A stretch of DNA of 64,000 nucleotides from Acidimicrobiia bacterium (GCA_031383405.1 JANMZO010000266.1:262-64261), one strand, 5' to 3'. Shown: positions 45,638 to 55,749, counted from the stretch's first letter. The notes: generated from the letters alone by a model not told the origin. Made by a program: numbers and translations.

Positions 45638-46858
45638 GTGGCCAAAAGAATCAAAGTCGCAAACCCCGTCGTTGAGATGGACGGCGACGAAATGACCCGC
45701 ATCATCTGGCAGTTCATCAAAGACAAATTGATTCTTCCGTATCTCGACATTGATCTGAAGTACTACGACCTCGGAATCGAGGAGCGTGATCGCACCGACG
45801 ACCAGATCACCATTGATTCGGCCAACGCCACGAAGAAGTACGGCGTAGCCGTGAAGTGCGCCACGATCACCCCCGACGAGGCCCGCGTCGAGGAATACGG
45901 ACTGAAGAAGATGTGGAAGTCGCCGAACGGCACGATCCGCAACATCCTCGGAGGCGTAATCTTCCGCGAGCCGATCGTCATCTCGAACATCCCGCGGTTG
46001 GTGCCGGGCTGGACCAAGCCGATCGTGATCGGTCGCCACGCGCACGGCGACCAGTACAAGGCGACCGACTACAAGGTCCCCGGCGAAGGAACGGTCACGA
46101 TGACCTACGTACCGAAAGACGGAGGTGCGCCGGTCGAGATGAAGATCGCGGATTTCGGCGCCGACGGCGGTGTTGTGATGGGCATGTACAACTTCAACGA
46201 CTCGATCCGCGACTTCGCCCGAGCGTCGCTCAGGTACGGCCTCGACCGCAACATGCCGGTCTACCTGTCTACGAAGAACACGATCCTGAAGGCTTACGAC
46301 GGTCAGTTCAAGGATCTCTTCGAGGAGATCTACCAGGCTGAGTTCAAGGCGCAGATGGATGCGGCCGGGCTCACCTACGAGCACCGCCTGATCGACGACA
46401 TGGTCGCTTGCGCGATGAAGTGGGAGGGCGGGTATGTGTGGGCCTGCAAGAACTACGACGGCGACGTGCAGTCTGACACCGTGGCCCAGGGTTACGGCTC
46501 GCTCGGCCTGATGACCAGCGTACTTATGACTCCCGACGGTAAGACCGTTGAGGCCGAGGCGGCCCACGGCACGGTGACGCGTCACTACCGTGAACACCAG
46601 AAGGGCAACAAGACATCGACGAATCCCATCGCCTCGATCTACGCCTGGACCCAGGGCCTCAGCTACCGCGGCAAGATGGACAACACTCCCGAGGTCAGCG
46701 CGTTCGCCCATGCGCTCGAAACGGTATGTGTGGCTACGGTCGAGTCGGGCAGGATGACCAAGGACCTCTCGTTGCTGATCAGCAAAGACGCGCCTTGGTT
46801 GTCGACCGAAGACTTCCTCGACGCCCTCGACGAAAACCTTCAGGCCAAACTCGCCTGA
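45638..46858 (+). CDS. icd: NADP-dependent isocitrate dehydrogenase (eukaryote-like type II homodimeric)
   Basis: [22 protein letters not shown] and NYDGDVQSD blocks. GAAGGAG precedes GTG 45638. About 406 aa. Confidence 0.92.
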   Translation: MAKRIKVANPVVEMDGDEMTRIIWQFIKDKLILPYLDIDLKYYDLGIEERDRTDDQITIDSANATKKYGVAVKCATITPDEARVEEYGLKKMWKSPNGTIRNILGGVIFREPIVISNIPRLVPGWTKPIVIGRHAHGDQYKATDYKVPGEGTVTMTYVPKDGGAPVEMKIADFGADGGVVMGMYNFNDSIRDFARASLRYGLDRNMPVYLSTKNTILKAYDGQFKDLFEEIYQAEFKAQMDAAGLTYEHRLIDDMVACAMKWEGGYVWACKNYDGDVQSDTVAQGYGSLGLMTSVLMTPDGKTVEAEAAHGTVTRHYREHQKGNKTSTNPIASIYAWTQGLSYRGKMDNTPEVSAFAHALETVCVATVESGRMTKDLSLLISKDAPWLSTEDFLDALDENLQAKLA

Positions 46859-46878
46859 CTCGAACGGGAAGGCGCTGG

Positions 46879-46923
46879 TTTGGGGATGGTTGGTGCGCCA
46901 CAGACGCAAAAACCATCCCCAAA
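46879..46923. terminator. bidirectional stem-loop between icd and rsgA (tttggggatggtt / aaccatccccaaa)
   Basis: Perfect 13-bp stem with a 19-nt loop and A/T runs on both sides. Confidence 0.65.
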
Positions 46924-46936
46924 GCGAAGCGCGAGA

Positions 46937-47965
46937 CTAGCGGCGGCGCCCTCGGTTGATCGCCCGGGTCCGTTCCACCTGGCGTTGCGCCAAATCGGTC
47001 TGTTCGGTGATCAACTTCTTCCACCCGGCCACCCGCGCGCCATCGAGCGTGCCGGCGGCAACGGCCGCGTTTACCTCGCATCCGGGTTCGAGGTTGTGCT
47101 GACAATCAGCAAAGCGGCAGTTGAGAGCGACGGTCTCAAGATCGCTGAACGCTTCCGCGGTGCCGGCTTCCGCGTCCCAAAGCTGCAACTCGCGAAGTCC
47201 CGGTGTGTCGATGAACAAGGTTCCGTCGACGAGCACGAGAAGTTGGCGGTGCTTGGTCGTGTGACGGCCGCGGCCGTCGTTGCGCACATCGCCGGTGGCC
47301 ATGACTTCGGCTCCGGCGAGTCGGTTCACGAGCGTCGACTTGCCGACACCGGAGGACCCGACAATCGCGAGCGTCTTTCCGTGACCCATATGCGCACGTA
47401 TTAATTCGAGGCCTACGTCGGTAACCGACGACACGGGCACCACTTCGCTTCCGATGCCTATCGCCCGGACCTCAGCGGCGAGCGTTTCGCGAAGCTCCGG
47501 AGTAACCATGTCGGCTTTCGTGAGCGCGACAACGACTTGCGCGCCGCTTTCAAAAGCCATGGCAAGGAACCGTTCCAGGCGGCGAACATTGAAGTCGGAG
47601 CCGAAGGCCATGGCAATGATGAGCACGTCGACGTTGGCCGCCAGTGGTTGCGCCTCGGTGGTGTCGCCGGCCACTTTGCGAGCGACCAGCGTGCGCCGCG
47701 GGACAAGCCCCTGGATCGATCCGACCTCCGGCGTGCTCCCGGGTTTCACGATGACCCAATCACCGACGGTCGGCATATCCAGTGCCCGGGAGATGTGTTT
47801 GAACCGTCCGGTCAACGAACAGGTCGCAACTGCAGAATCGGTCACGACCTCAATATGACCGCGGGCGTTGGACACGACGCGGCCGACGATTGAACCGACG
47901 GGTACCTCAGGTTGTCCCATTGTGCCGAGCCCGAGGTCGGTCAGCGATGGGCGCTCCGCACTCAA
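46937..47965 (-). CDS. rsgA: ribosome small-subunit-dependent GTPase A
   Basis: Circularly permuted GTPase (LTKADM, GSSGVGKSTLVN) with a C-terminal Zn motif (CRFADCQHNLEPGC). Confidence 0.9.
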   Translation of the reverse strand: MSAERPSLTDLGLGTMGQPEVPVGSIVGRVVSNARGHIEVVTDSAVATCSLTGRFKHISRALDMPTVGDWVIVKPGSTPEVGSIQGLVPRRTLVARKVAGDTTEAQPLAANVDVLIIAMAFGSDFNVRRLERFLAMAFESGAQVVVALTKADMVTPELRETLAAEVRAIGIGSEVVPVSSVTDVGLELIRAHMGHGKTLAIVGSSGVGKSTLVNRLAGAEVMATGDVRNDGRGRHTTKHRQLLVLVDGTLFIDTPGLRELQLWDAEAGTAEAFSDLETVALNCRFADCQHNLEPGCEVNAAVAAGTLDGARVAGWKKLITEQTDLAQRQVERTRAINRGRRR

Positions 47966-48867
47966 TGCGCGACTGACCTCAAAGGGTTGGGTTTTGCCGA
48001 CGACCGTCGGCCTGACCCGGCCGTCTTGCGGTTGCGGGCTTCATTCCAACTCGCGGGCTTGGGGAACATGGAACGGAAGAGGAGGGGAGCCTTGAACGGG
48101 CGCCAGTCGTCGATGGGCTGCATCAGCCGGTCCGACACTGCGTATAGCACCGCGGGGTTGACGCCGAGGCCCGAATGACTTCCGCGGACTTCGATGTTCT
48201 CGTGGTTTTCGCGGACCATGTCGATGCAGGTGTGCCAGCGCACCACGCCGTCGGTCCGGGAGTAGATCGCCGTCGAAGGAACCGTCAATGGTGGTTTGTC
48301 GGCCTCTTCGGAGGCGAGCCGGAGCACTTCGTCACTCCAGGTTGGGGACAGGCGGTCGACGAGGCCTGAGATCGATGACCGGTCGATCATGGTCAGACGG
48401 AACGGGCTTCCGAGTGTGATGACCTGACGGACCGCTTCGGGGTTGTTCCGCGCCAACTCCCGGGCGTAGATGCCACCCAGGCTCCACCCGACGATGCTCA
48501 CGGGTTTGTTGTGCCGGTCATGGAGTTGCGCCAGACGTTCGTGAATACCGTCGAAGATTCGGTCGGTTGGGCCGATGTTGAGCCCGAGGTTCCATCCGTG
48601 GGCCCAGTACCCCTGCGAGCGGATGGTCATTCGCAGCGGGACCGTCGATAGGTCACCCGCGGTGAAGCCGGGCAGAACGAGGACGGGGTGGTTGTCGCCC
48701 CGGCCGAGGAGGCGCAGAATCGGTGACGAAGCGGCAAACGCGCCTGCTTCGAAGATTGCTCGGCTCTCGGCCAGTCTCAGGAGGCAGTGGGGCGCGCCCG
48801 TGAAACGGTGTTCCGTCTGGTCCGTTTCGTCGTCCGTGCCGGTGGCATCTTGGGTTTTTTGCTGCAC
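47962..48867 (-). CDS. alpha/beta hydrolase
   Basis: Nucleophile elbow GWSLGG. The stop overlaps the rsgA start by 4 nt. Confidence 0.7.
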   Translation of the reverse strand: MQQKTQDATGTDDETDQTEHRFTGAPHCLLRLAESRAIFEAGAFAASSPILRLLGRGDNHPVLVLPGFTAGDLSTVPLRMTIRSQGYWAHGWNLGLNIGPTDRIFDGIHERLAQLHDRHNKPVSIVGWSLGGIYARELARNNPEAVRQVITLGSPFRLTMIDRSSISGLVDRLSPTWSDEVLRLASEEADKPPLTVPSTAIYSRTDGVVRWHTCIDMVRENHENIEVRGSHSGLGVNPAVLYAVSDRLMQPIDDWRPFKAPLLFRSMFPKPASWNEARNRKTAGSGRRSSAKPNPLRSVAH

Positions 48868-49045
48868 ACCACAACCGTATAGCTCAACCCGGTCGAACGG
48901 TAATCACAATGGTCCGTTCGCACCGCTCAATGGGTCTTTGGCACCGCTTGGCCGGCCAGTGCCGGACTGCGAAAAGACCGGCCGGGACAAGCCCGATCAG
49001 CCTCGGGATTGGTGTGGACGCCACCGGCTGGGTAACCATCGTGGA

Positions 49046-50215
49046 GTGGACGATGCAAAGCGACGGAAGGCGGGGCGGCGACTGAACGTGGTTGTTGCGG
49101 CGACGTTTCTGGCGAACGGCATGATCCTCGGTGCGGTCCCGCAGTTTCTTCGGTCGGATCTCGGGGCAAACCGTTTTCAAACGGGTCTAGGAACGACGGG
49201 GTTCTTTGTTGCGGCGTTGTTGATCCGTCCGTTCAGCGGTCCAATGATCGACCGTTGGGGAAGGCGTCCGTTCATTCGCTGGACCCTTCTGGGTATGGCC
49301 GTCACGACGCTCGGATACTTCTCCGTCGGAAGCATCGCGGGCGTGACCGTGCTGCGGCTGGTCCAGGGAGCAATGGGTTCACTTTTCTACATCGCCACCC
49401 TGACCGCCACAACCGAGTTGGCCCCGCCTGACAGGCGAGCGGCAGCGGTAGCGCGACTATCGGTGATGGTCTACCTCGGGTTTATCATCGGCCCGCTGAT
49501 TGCCGACCTCCTGATCCACGGGCCGGGTTTCACGTGGGCCTGGGCAACGATCGTCGGTCTCTACCTCTTGGCGTTCGGGCTGGGGGCAACGCTCAGCGAA
49601 TCGCGGGTGACGAAGGGCGAGGACGACCTGAAAGAGGCGAACAGGTTCTTCCATCGAGCGTCCGTAGTTCCCGGAGTTGCGTTGTTCTCGACCGCAGTTT
49701 GCTTTTCCACCGTGACTGCGTTCACGCCCGACTACGCGGACAACATCGGACTCTCGCGGCCCGGGTGGCTCCTTGCCTCATATTCCGCTTCAGTGCTGTT
49801 GGTACGGGTGCTGAGCGGCTCGACGATCGACCGGGCCAGCCCCTACCGCGTCGCCATCCCGGGCTTCGTCGTCGGAGCAGCGGGGCTGGCAGTACTCGCT
49901 ATCTCGACGTCGGTTCCGATGTCATTCGCAGGCATGGCGATGGCCGGACTCGGAAGCGGCTCCACTTTCCCGGCGTTGATCGCCATGGTGGTTCGGGGCG
50001 TCCCCGACGTCGAACGGGCCGTGGGGCTGGCATCGTTGCTGATGTTCAACGACTTCGGCCAGGGCCTTTCCGGGCCCGCTGTCGGCAAGATCTCGGACGC
50101 TCTCGGGTGGCGGTGGGTGTTCGGTGTGCCTTCGATTCTCGCAGCCGTGTCGGTGCTTGTGCTGGTGTGGGCACGGCAACGATCGCGGACGATTCCCGTG
50201 CCGGTCACCGCCTGA
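49046..50215 (+). CDS. MFS transporter
   Basis: About 12 hydrophobic segments and an MFS loop motif (PFSGPMIDRWGRRP). I chose GTG 49046. The upstream part of the track ORF is antisense to the hydrolase. Confidence 0.72.
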   Translation: MDDAKRRKAGRRLNVVVAATFLANGMILGAVPQFLRSDLGANRFQTGLGTTGFFVAALLIRPFSGPMIDRWGRRPFIRWTLLGMAVTTLGYFSVGSIAGVTVLRLVQGAMGSLFYIATLTATTELAPPDRRAAAVARLSVMVYLGFIIGPLIADLLIHGPGFTWAWATIVGLYLLAFGLGATLSESRVTKGEDDLKEANRFFHRASVVPGVALFSTAVCFSTVTAFTPDYADNIGLSRPGWLLASYSASVLLVRVLSGSTIDRASPYRVAIPGFVVGAAGLAVLAISTSVPMSFAGMAMAGLGSGSTFPALIAMVVRGVPDVERAVGLASLLMFNDFGQGLSGPAVGKISDALGWRWVFGVPSILAAVSVLVLVWARQRSRTIPVPVTA

Positions 50216-50253
50216 GAGTGGTGGCCGGTCCAGAGCCGAAACCATGCCTGCCT

Positions 50254-51606
50254 TCAATTGCGGATGAGGACGAGTCCGACCCAGTTACCGCGTTGCGATA
50301 CCTCCGAAAGCGTGAGGCCGAGGCGCATATAGGCATTGACCACCGAAGCGCGCTGTTCGTCTACGAGACCGGCGAGGATCAGACGGCCGCCCGGTGTCAC
50401 CCGCTGGGTGATCTCATTGGCGAACGCGATGAGCACCGGAGCCAGGATGTTAGCGACGACGATGTCGAAGGTGCCCTCAACGGCCCCGACCGGATCGGTT
50501 GAGGCGACGATCATGCCTGCCACGCCGTTGCGCTCGGCGTTGATCCGGGTGTTGTCGACGGCCGCTGCCTCAACGTCGACTCCAACGACCGGCGAAGCGC
50601 CGAGGAGGGCAGCGGCCACGCTGAGCACACCGCTGCCGCAACCGATGTCGAGCACCGACTGCCCCGGTGTCAACCAGTTCTCCAGCGCAGCCAGCGACAG
50701 CTCCGTCGTTGCATGAGAACCGGTGCCGAAGGAGCGGCCCGGGTCGATCACGAGCGGAATCAGGTCGGTCTCGGCCGATGCGAACGGCGCCAGCTCCTCT
50801 TCCGTCCACCAGCCAGGGAGCAGCATGAACCGCCCGAGCCGGGTGGGTTCAAAGTGTTCCCGCCAAGCGTCGAGCCAGTCGTCGCCGAGGAGTACCTCGA
50901 AGCGGGGACTCCACGCACTGTCGAGCCCGGCTTCGGCTTCGGCTGCCGCTTCGTCGGACGGGAATCCGGCTCGCAGTCCGATCGCATTCAAGGGTAGTGC
51001 GGTGGAACCGGTGCGGCGTCGCGTGGTCAGTGCCCCGATCTCAAGCTCTTCGATGCCGACGGTCCCGCGGTCGAAGAGCTCACTGCTGACCCACTCAATG
51101 TCGTCAGGGGAAATGGCGAGTTCGACAACCGGGAACCGGGCGGCATCGGCACCCGGAAGTTTTGCGGTGACCCGGAACGTTTCGTAGGTAACGGGTGTGC
51201 CCTCGGTAATCTTCCAACTCGGATCATTCGTATGTGCGCGTATCTCATGCGTGAACTGCGACCAGAAATCCTCGTGGGCTTCGCGCCAGTGAGTGACCGA
51301 CAGGAATGATTCACCTTCGGAGTCGACCTGCTCCCATGTGACCTCGCTTATCGGCAGTGTTCGGCAATCGAGCGATTCGATGAGTGCGAGACCGGCGCCG
51401 TTGGTGCCGCGCATGACGAACGTCGTTCCCGGTGCCGGAGCGTCGCCCGGGTACATCTCGTTGAGAACGACGAGTGAAAACGTGCCGCTCTTGCGGCCTG
51501 CGAGGGCGAGCCCGTTGAGTCGCTCCCGGAGGGGCCCCGGGTTGGCGAACTCCCAGTTCGGGAGCGCGTCTGGGTCTTCGACGTTCGGCGCGGAGTCGGT
51601 GGTCAA
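50254..51606 (-). CDS. prmA: ASCH domain fused to ribosomal protein L11 methyltransferase (PrmA)
   Basis: The N-terminal ~150 aa is ASCH-like (WEF..LALAGRKSGTFS..DSEGESFLSVTHWREAHEDFW). The C-terminal ~290 aa is full PrmA (IDPGRSFGTGSHATT, VLDIGCGSGVLSVAA). Confidence 0.8.
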   Translation of the reverse strand: MTTDSAPNVEDPDALPNWEFANPGPLRERLNGLALAGRKSGTFSLVVLNEMYPGDAPAPGTTFVMRGTNGAGLALIESLDCRTLPISEVTWEQVDSEGESFLSVTHWREAHEDFWSQFTHEIRAHTNDPSWKITEGTPVTYETFRVTAKLPGADAARFPVVELAISPDDIEWVSSELFDRGTVGIEELEIGALTTRRRTGSTALPLNAIGLRAGFPSDEAAAEAEAGLDSAWSPRFEVLLGDDWLDAWREHFEPTRLGRFMLLPGWWTEEELAPFASAETDLIPLVIDPGRSFGTGSHATTELSLAALENWLTPGQSVLDIGCGSGVLSVAAALLGASPVVGVDVEAAAVDNTRINAERNGVAGMIVASTDPVGAVEGTFDIVVANILAPVLIAFANEITQRVTPGGRLILAGLVDEQRASVVNAYMRLGLTLSEVSQRGNWVGLVLIRN

Positions 51607-51637
51607 GGGGCCAGCCTAATTGTGGAGTGCCCGAGGA

Positions 51638-53149
51638 TCAGTCGGCCACGTTCCTTCCGACGTAGGCGACGAGTTGTTCGATCGGCGATCCGGGACGGGC
51701 GAGGGCGACGGCCTCGGCGAACATTCCCGGCCCGCGGCGCGAAGGCACATAGTCCTCGGCGAAAACCCGGGCCCGTTCCACGATCGTCTGGTCGGGTTCG
51801 ATGACGCGGCCGAGCGCCTGACCGAGATCCCAGGCGTGCACCAGATCATCGGCCATGAACATCTCGGCGAGATACGAACCCCGGCATGACCCCCACGGCA
51901 TGGTGAGCTCGCGTTCGAGGACACTCGCGTCATCGTGGAACACCGCGGCCATTTCGTCGATCGCGTTGCGATGGGCCCGGACGGGGTCGTCGGCGAGATA
52001 GTCGCCGTAGAACTCGGGGCCGATCTTGCGACCGGTCAGACCGTACGTGACCATATGAATGCCGCCGACGATGTGGTTGACGAGCGACCGGACGTTCCAC
52101 TCGTCGCAGGGCGTGGATCTGCTCCATTCGTCGGGCTGTATCGAAGCGATCTGGCTATGAACGTGTTCGCTGATGGCCAACAGGTCAACGAGCGGCTGTA
52201 CGGACTTCGCTGAAAGACTCGGAAGATTCCTGGCGGCCGCTTCGTCGGGGGTGAAGTAGACGAGACCCGCACCCCAGTTGTGGGCGATAGTGCCGGGAGG
52301 GACGTCATGGGCGTCGGCCACGCCCGTGCCGCACAAAAACCCGAGCTCGGTCGAGGTCAGCACACCCCACTCGGCGAACGCTTCATCTGGCGTCGGATCG
52401 GGCCGGGGACTTGATGTCGAGCCGGGTCGGGCCGCTTCGAGCGCGTCGACGTACGCGGAGTACGGCATCCAACCCGGGACGGTGACCTCGCCGCCCGGCC
52501 CCCGCACGATGAGCGTCGGAAAGGCGTAACGGTCGTGACCCTCGGAATGCTTCAAGTTCCCTATGCCCACATAGTGTCCTTCGAGGGAGCGGACATATTC
52601 GTTGGGCCGACGGGTCTCGTCCCAGTCGGCTTTGTACCCCGCTGCGACATCGGGATCATCGAGGTCGCTTGCGAAGCGGTCCCGGTCCAACCCGGGGACT
52701 CCGAGTGTCGCCGCGGCGAAGTCTTCGGCGCTGTGCGGCGTAACGCCGAAGATGAACGTTGACTCGCGCAGTCGTCGCAGCACGCGGGCGGCAACTTCCG
52801 GTCCCTGCCGCAGGGCGGCCTTGACGGCGCGTCCGGCCGGGTCGGTCGAACGGGCCATGCGGTGCATCGGGACCGGATAGGGCTGGCCGGTGAAGCGGTT
52901 GGTCTGGCGCCAATAGGCCTGCATCGGCTTGGCCGCCAGAACCGGATCCCAGTCATGTCGGCCTCTCATGGCGTCGCCGACCAGACCACCCATGACGGTC
53001 CGCCAGTCGATGCGGTGCCCGTGACGCCAACGCAGGAGTCGGAGCTTCGGTTCCGAACCCCAGGCCCAGGAACAGATCGGGTCGGTGTATTCGATGACGG
53101 AGAGATCGGGCACGGTCGCGAACGTAACCGGGTTCCGCCGTTGCTGCAC
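51638..53149 (-). CDS. DsbA-like thioredoxin-fold domain fused to a TIGR03086/MDMPI_N (DinB-like) domain
   Basis: N-terminus: SVIEYTDPICSWAWG (DsbA-family CxxW-type position). C-terminus: W..STPCDEWNVRSLVNHIVGG (mycothiol maleylpyruvate isomerase N-terminal-like). Start uncertain (53236, 53149 or 53113). Confidence 0.68.
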   Translation of the reverse strand: MQQRRNPVTFATVPDLSVIEYTDPICSWAWGSEPKLRLLRWRHGHRIDWRTVMGGLVGDAMRGRHDWDPVLAAKPMQAYWRQTNRFTGQPYPVPMHRMARSTDPAGRAVKAALRQGPEVAARVLRRLRESTFIFGVTPHSAEDFAAATLGVPGLDRDRFASDLDDPDVAAGYKADWDETRRPNEYVRSLEGHYVGIGNLKHSEGHDRYAFPTLIVRGPGGEVTVPGWMPYSAYVDALEAARPGSTSSPRPDPTPDEAFAEWGVLTSTELGFLCGTGVADAHDVPPGTIAHNWGAGLVYFTPDEAAARNLPSLSAKSVQPLVDLLAISEHVHSQIASIQPDEWSRSTPCDEWNVRSLVNHIVGGIHMVTYGLTGRKIGPEFYGDYLADDPVRAHRNAIDEMAAVFHDDASVLERELTMPWGSCRGSYLAEMFMADDLVHAWDLGQALGRVIEPDQTIVERARVFAEDYVPSRRGPGMFAEAVALARPGSPIEQLVAYVGRNVAD

Positions 53150-53210
53150 GTCTGCCGTTGCTGCACAGTGTGACGCGGCTGCACGTCTGCCGTTGCTGCA
53201 CAGTGTGACG
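53143..53210. repeat. perfect 33-bp direct repeat at 35-bp period (gctgcacgtctgccgttgctgcacagtgtgacg x2)
   Basis: Read directly. Lies in the 5' region of the DsbA-fusion gene, in the promoter region it shares divergently with the acyltransferase gene. Confidence 0.88.
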
Positions 53211-53287
53211 TTCCTCGGACTGAACGTCAGGCCCAAACCTCGAACGTTGTCGCAAAAGCAGGCGGTTCGTAGCAGAATGCTTCTCCA

Positions 53288-54298
53288 GTGCCACCTACCT
53301 ACGTTCGCCGTCTCATCACGTACCCGGCTTTCCTGCTTGTCGCCTGTCTGCTTGTCGTCGGCCTACCGCTCTGGCTGTTCATCGCCGTCGTCATCGACTT
53401 CGTCATCGGCGTCAAGCGGTTGCGGTCGGTGCGGGTGCTGCTGTTTCTTGTTTTCATGACCTGGTTCGAACTGGCCTCGCTGGCCAAGACCCTGACCATC
53501 TGGTTCACGCACTTCGGTCGGGTGAGAGGCGACGGTGCCCAGGAGAAGCTCCAGCGCCTCGTCGGCTTCTACGTGCACGGCATCTACGTCGCGACCTGCA
53601 GGATCTTGGGTCTGCGGATGGAGGTTACCGGTATGGAAGTCTTCGATGGTCGACCCGGTCTGATCTGCTTCGGGCACCATACGAGCATTCTCGATTCGGT
53701 TATTCCGGTGCAGATTCTGGCCCACCGCATGAAATATGACATCCGCTTCGTCGTCAAGAAGTCGCTGTCGTGGGCCCCCGTGTTCGACACGGCCGGGCAC
53801 TGGCTGCCGGTCCACTTCGTCGATCGCACCGGTCGAAACAGCACCGAGGAAACCGCTGCCATCTCCGATCTGGCCGGCAACATAATTCCGGGCTCAGCCG
53901 CAGCGATGTATCCCGAGGGAACGTTCTACACGCCGAAACGACTCGAACGGGCGATTGGTCGACTGGAGACCCAAGCCCCTGAACTCGTCGAGCGGGCCAG
54001 GGCGCTTCGACACGTGCTCCCCCCGCGAACGGGTGGAGCCCTGGCGATGCTCGAGCGAGATCCCGACGCCGATGTCGTGTTGATCGTGCACTCGGGCTTC
54101 GAGCCTTTCGTCAACCTGGCGAAGATATTCGCCAACCTGCCGTTTCGTCGGACGGTTTACGTTCACATGTGGCGCGTTCCACGAGTCGAAATTCCCGTGG
54201 ATCCGAAAGCCGCATATGTTTGGTTGTTCGATCGGTTCGAGGAAATGGACTCCTGGGTCGCCGAGAAATTGGCACTTCCGATTACCAGCAGAAAGTGA
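53288..54298 (+). CDS. lysophospholipid (1-acyl-sn-glycerol-3-phosphate-type) acyltransferase family protein
   Basis: N-terminal TM segments, an HX4D motif (HTSILD) and a downstream EGT motif (YPEGTF). Confidence 0.72.
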   Translation: MPPTYVRRLITYPAFLLVACLLVVGLPLWLFIAVVIDFVIGVKRLRSVRVLLFLVFMTWFELASLAKTLTIWFTHFGRVRGDGAQEKLQRLVGFYVHGIYVATCRILGLRMEVTGMEVFDGRPGLICFGHHTSILDSVIPVQILAHRMKYDIRFVVKKSLSWAPVFDTAGHWLPVHFVDRTGRNSTEETAAISDLAGNIIPGSAAAMYPEGTFYTPKRLERAIGRLETQAPELVERARALRHVLPPRTGGALAMLERDPDADVVLIVHSGFEPFVNLAKIFANLPFRRTVYVHMWRVPRVEIPVDPKAAYVWLFDRFEEMDSWVAEKLALPITSRK

Positions 54299-54307
54299 GC
54301 ACATCAG

Positions 54308-55087
54308 ATGCAGTGGAGCGTTCTCGGGGCAGTGGCGGCAGCAATATGTGTACTTATGTTTCTGACGTGGCTCCTCAGCGTGAAGCTTAAGGATGCGAGC
54401 ATCGTCGACATCATCTGGGGTTTCGGTTTCGTGGTCGTCGCGTGGGTGTCGCGGGCCGTCGCCGACGGCAACTCAGAGCGCCAGAACCTGCTTGTCGTCT
54501 GCGCCACTCTTTGGGGTGTCCGGTTGGCCGGCTATCTCTACTGGCGCAACCACGGCAAGGGTGAGGATTTCCGCTACCGGGCCATGCGTAAGAAGTTCGG
54601 TGAGCGTTTTCCGGTCGTTTCGCTCTACTCGGTGTTCGGCTTGCAGGGTGTGTTGATGTTCGTGGTGTCGATGCCGCTGCAGCTCGGGCAGATGCCGACC
54701 CGTGCCCTCGGAGCCACCGCCATCATCGGGACGTTGTTCTGGATTGTCGGACTCGCGTTCGAGACCATCGGCGATTCTCAGTTGGCCCGGTTCAAGGCGG
54801 GTCCCGACAATGCCGGAAAGGTGATGGACAAAGGTCTATGGGCGTGGACGCGCCACCCGAACTACTTCGGCGACTGTTGTGTCTGGACCGGTCTGACATT
54901 GATTGCCATGGATGGCGGTGGCGTAGCCCTGGCAAGCATCATCGGCGGTGTCGCGATGACCGTTCTTCTCGTTCGGGTGTCGGGGGTTCCAATGCTGGAG
55001 AAAACCATCGGTCGCCGCCGCCCCGGCTACGCCGAATACATCGCCCGCACAAGCTCCTTCATCCCGCGCCCCCCGAAGAAGGTTTGA
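54308..55087 (+). CDS. DUF1295 (steroid 5-alpha-reductase-like) membrane protein
   Basis: GLWAWTRHPNYFGDCCVWTGL and RYRAMRKKFG motifs. Polytopic. Confidence 0.78.
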   Translation: MQWSVLGAVAAAICVLMFLTWLLSVKLKDASIVDIIWGFGFVVVAWVSRAVADGNSERQNLLVVCATLWGVRLAGYLYWRNHGKGEDFRYRAMRKKFGERFPVVSLYSVFGLQGVLMFVVSMPLQLGQMPTRALGATAIIGTLFWIVGLAFETIGDSQLARFKAGPDNAGKVMDKGLWAWTRHPNYFGDCCVWTGLTLIAMDGGGVALASIIGGVAMTVLLVRVSGVPMLEKTIGRRRPGYAEYIARTSSFIPRPPKKV

Positions 55088-55164
55088 GCCGGCGCAGGAA
55101 CCCTGACGACCCGGCATCGATTCGGTGATCTCCCACCGACGCCACGCCAACGGGGGGCCTTAGC

Positions 55165-55749
55165 TCACTGCACCGCGACAGCTGAGAGTGCCTGGTTCAG
55201 CAAATCTGAGATTCCCAGCTCCGTCGCCCATCGGGCAAGATATGTCGGGTCGAGTCGATGACTCTGCACCCGCAAAACCGAGACTGCATCATCAAACTGT
55301 CGTGACTCGGCGGTTCCGCCCCACTCGAGTTTTGCCAACACGATGTCTTCGGGTGAGGGGACGAAGATCTTCTGTCCGAGCAGTTCGATCTCCCGTCGCC
55401 GGGAGAACTCCACACGGCTGAACGGTCGGTCCAGGACCCACATGATGTCGGCCTTCCACCCCGTGGATCCGGAGATCACGTTGAACTGCCGGCGGTCGCC
55501 ACGGGTTGGTTCGAAAGCAGCTTCCCTGGACACGTACAGTCCGGACGACTCACACCTGTCAACGAATCTTCGGATCGTCGTATCGGGTGGCTCAACGGCG
55601 TTCACCACAACGTCGAGATCGCGTGTTGTCCGAGGGTCTCCGTAGAACGTGCTGACGAACGAACCGGTGAGCATGAACTCGATTCCGCAACCCTGGAGGT
55701 GATCCGCGACAACCCCTAGAAAAGACTCCGGGCCGGTCAGGGTGTTCAT
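55165..55749 (-). CDS. Pol-beta superfamily nucleotidyltransferase-like protein
   Basis: TGSFVSTFYGDPRTTRDLDVVV fits the G-S...D-x-D minimal NTase signature. 194 aa. Confidence 0.55.
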   Translation of the reverse strand: MNTLTGPESFLGVVADHLQGCGIEFMLTGSFVSTFYGDPRTTRDLDVVVNAVEPPDTTIRRFVDRCESSGLYVSREAAFEPTRGDRRQFNVISGSTGWKADIMWVLDRPFSRVEFSRRREIELLGQKIFVPSPEDIVLAKLEWGGTAESRQFDDAVSVLRVQSHRLDPTYLARWATELGISDLLNQALSAVAVQ

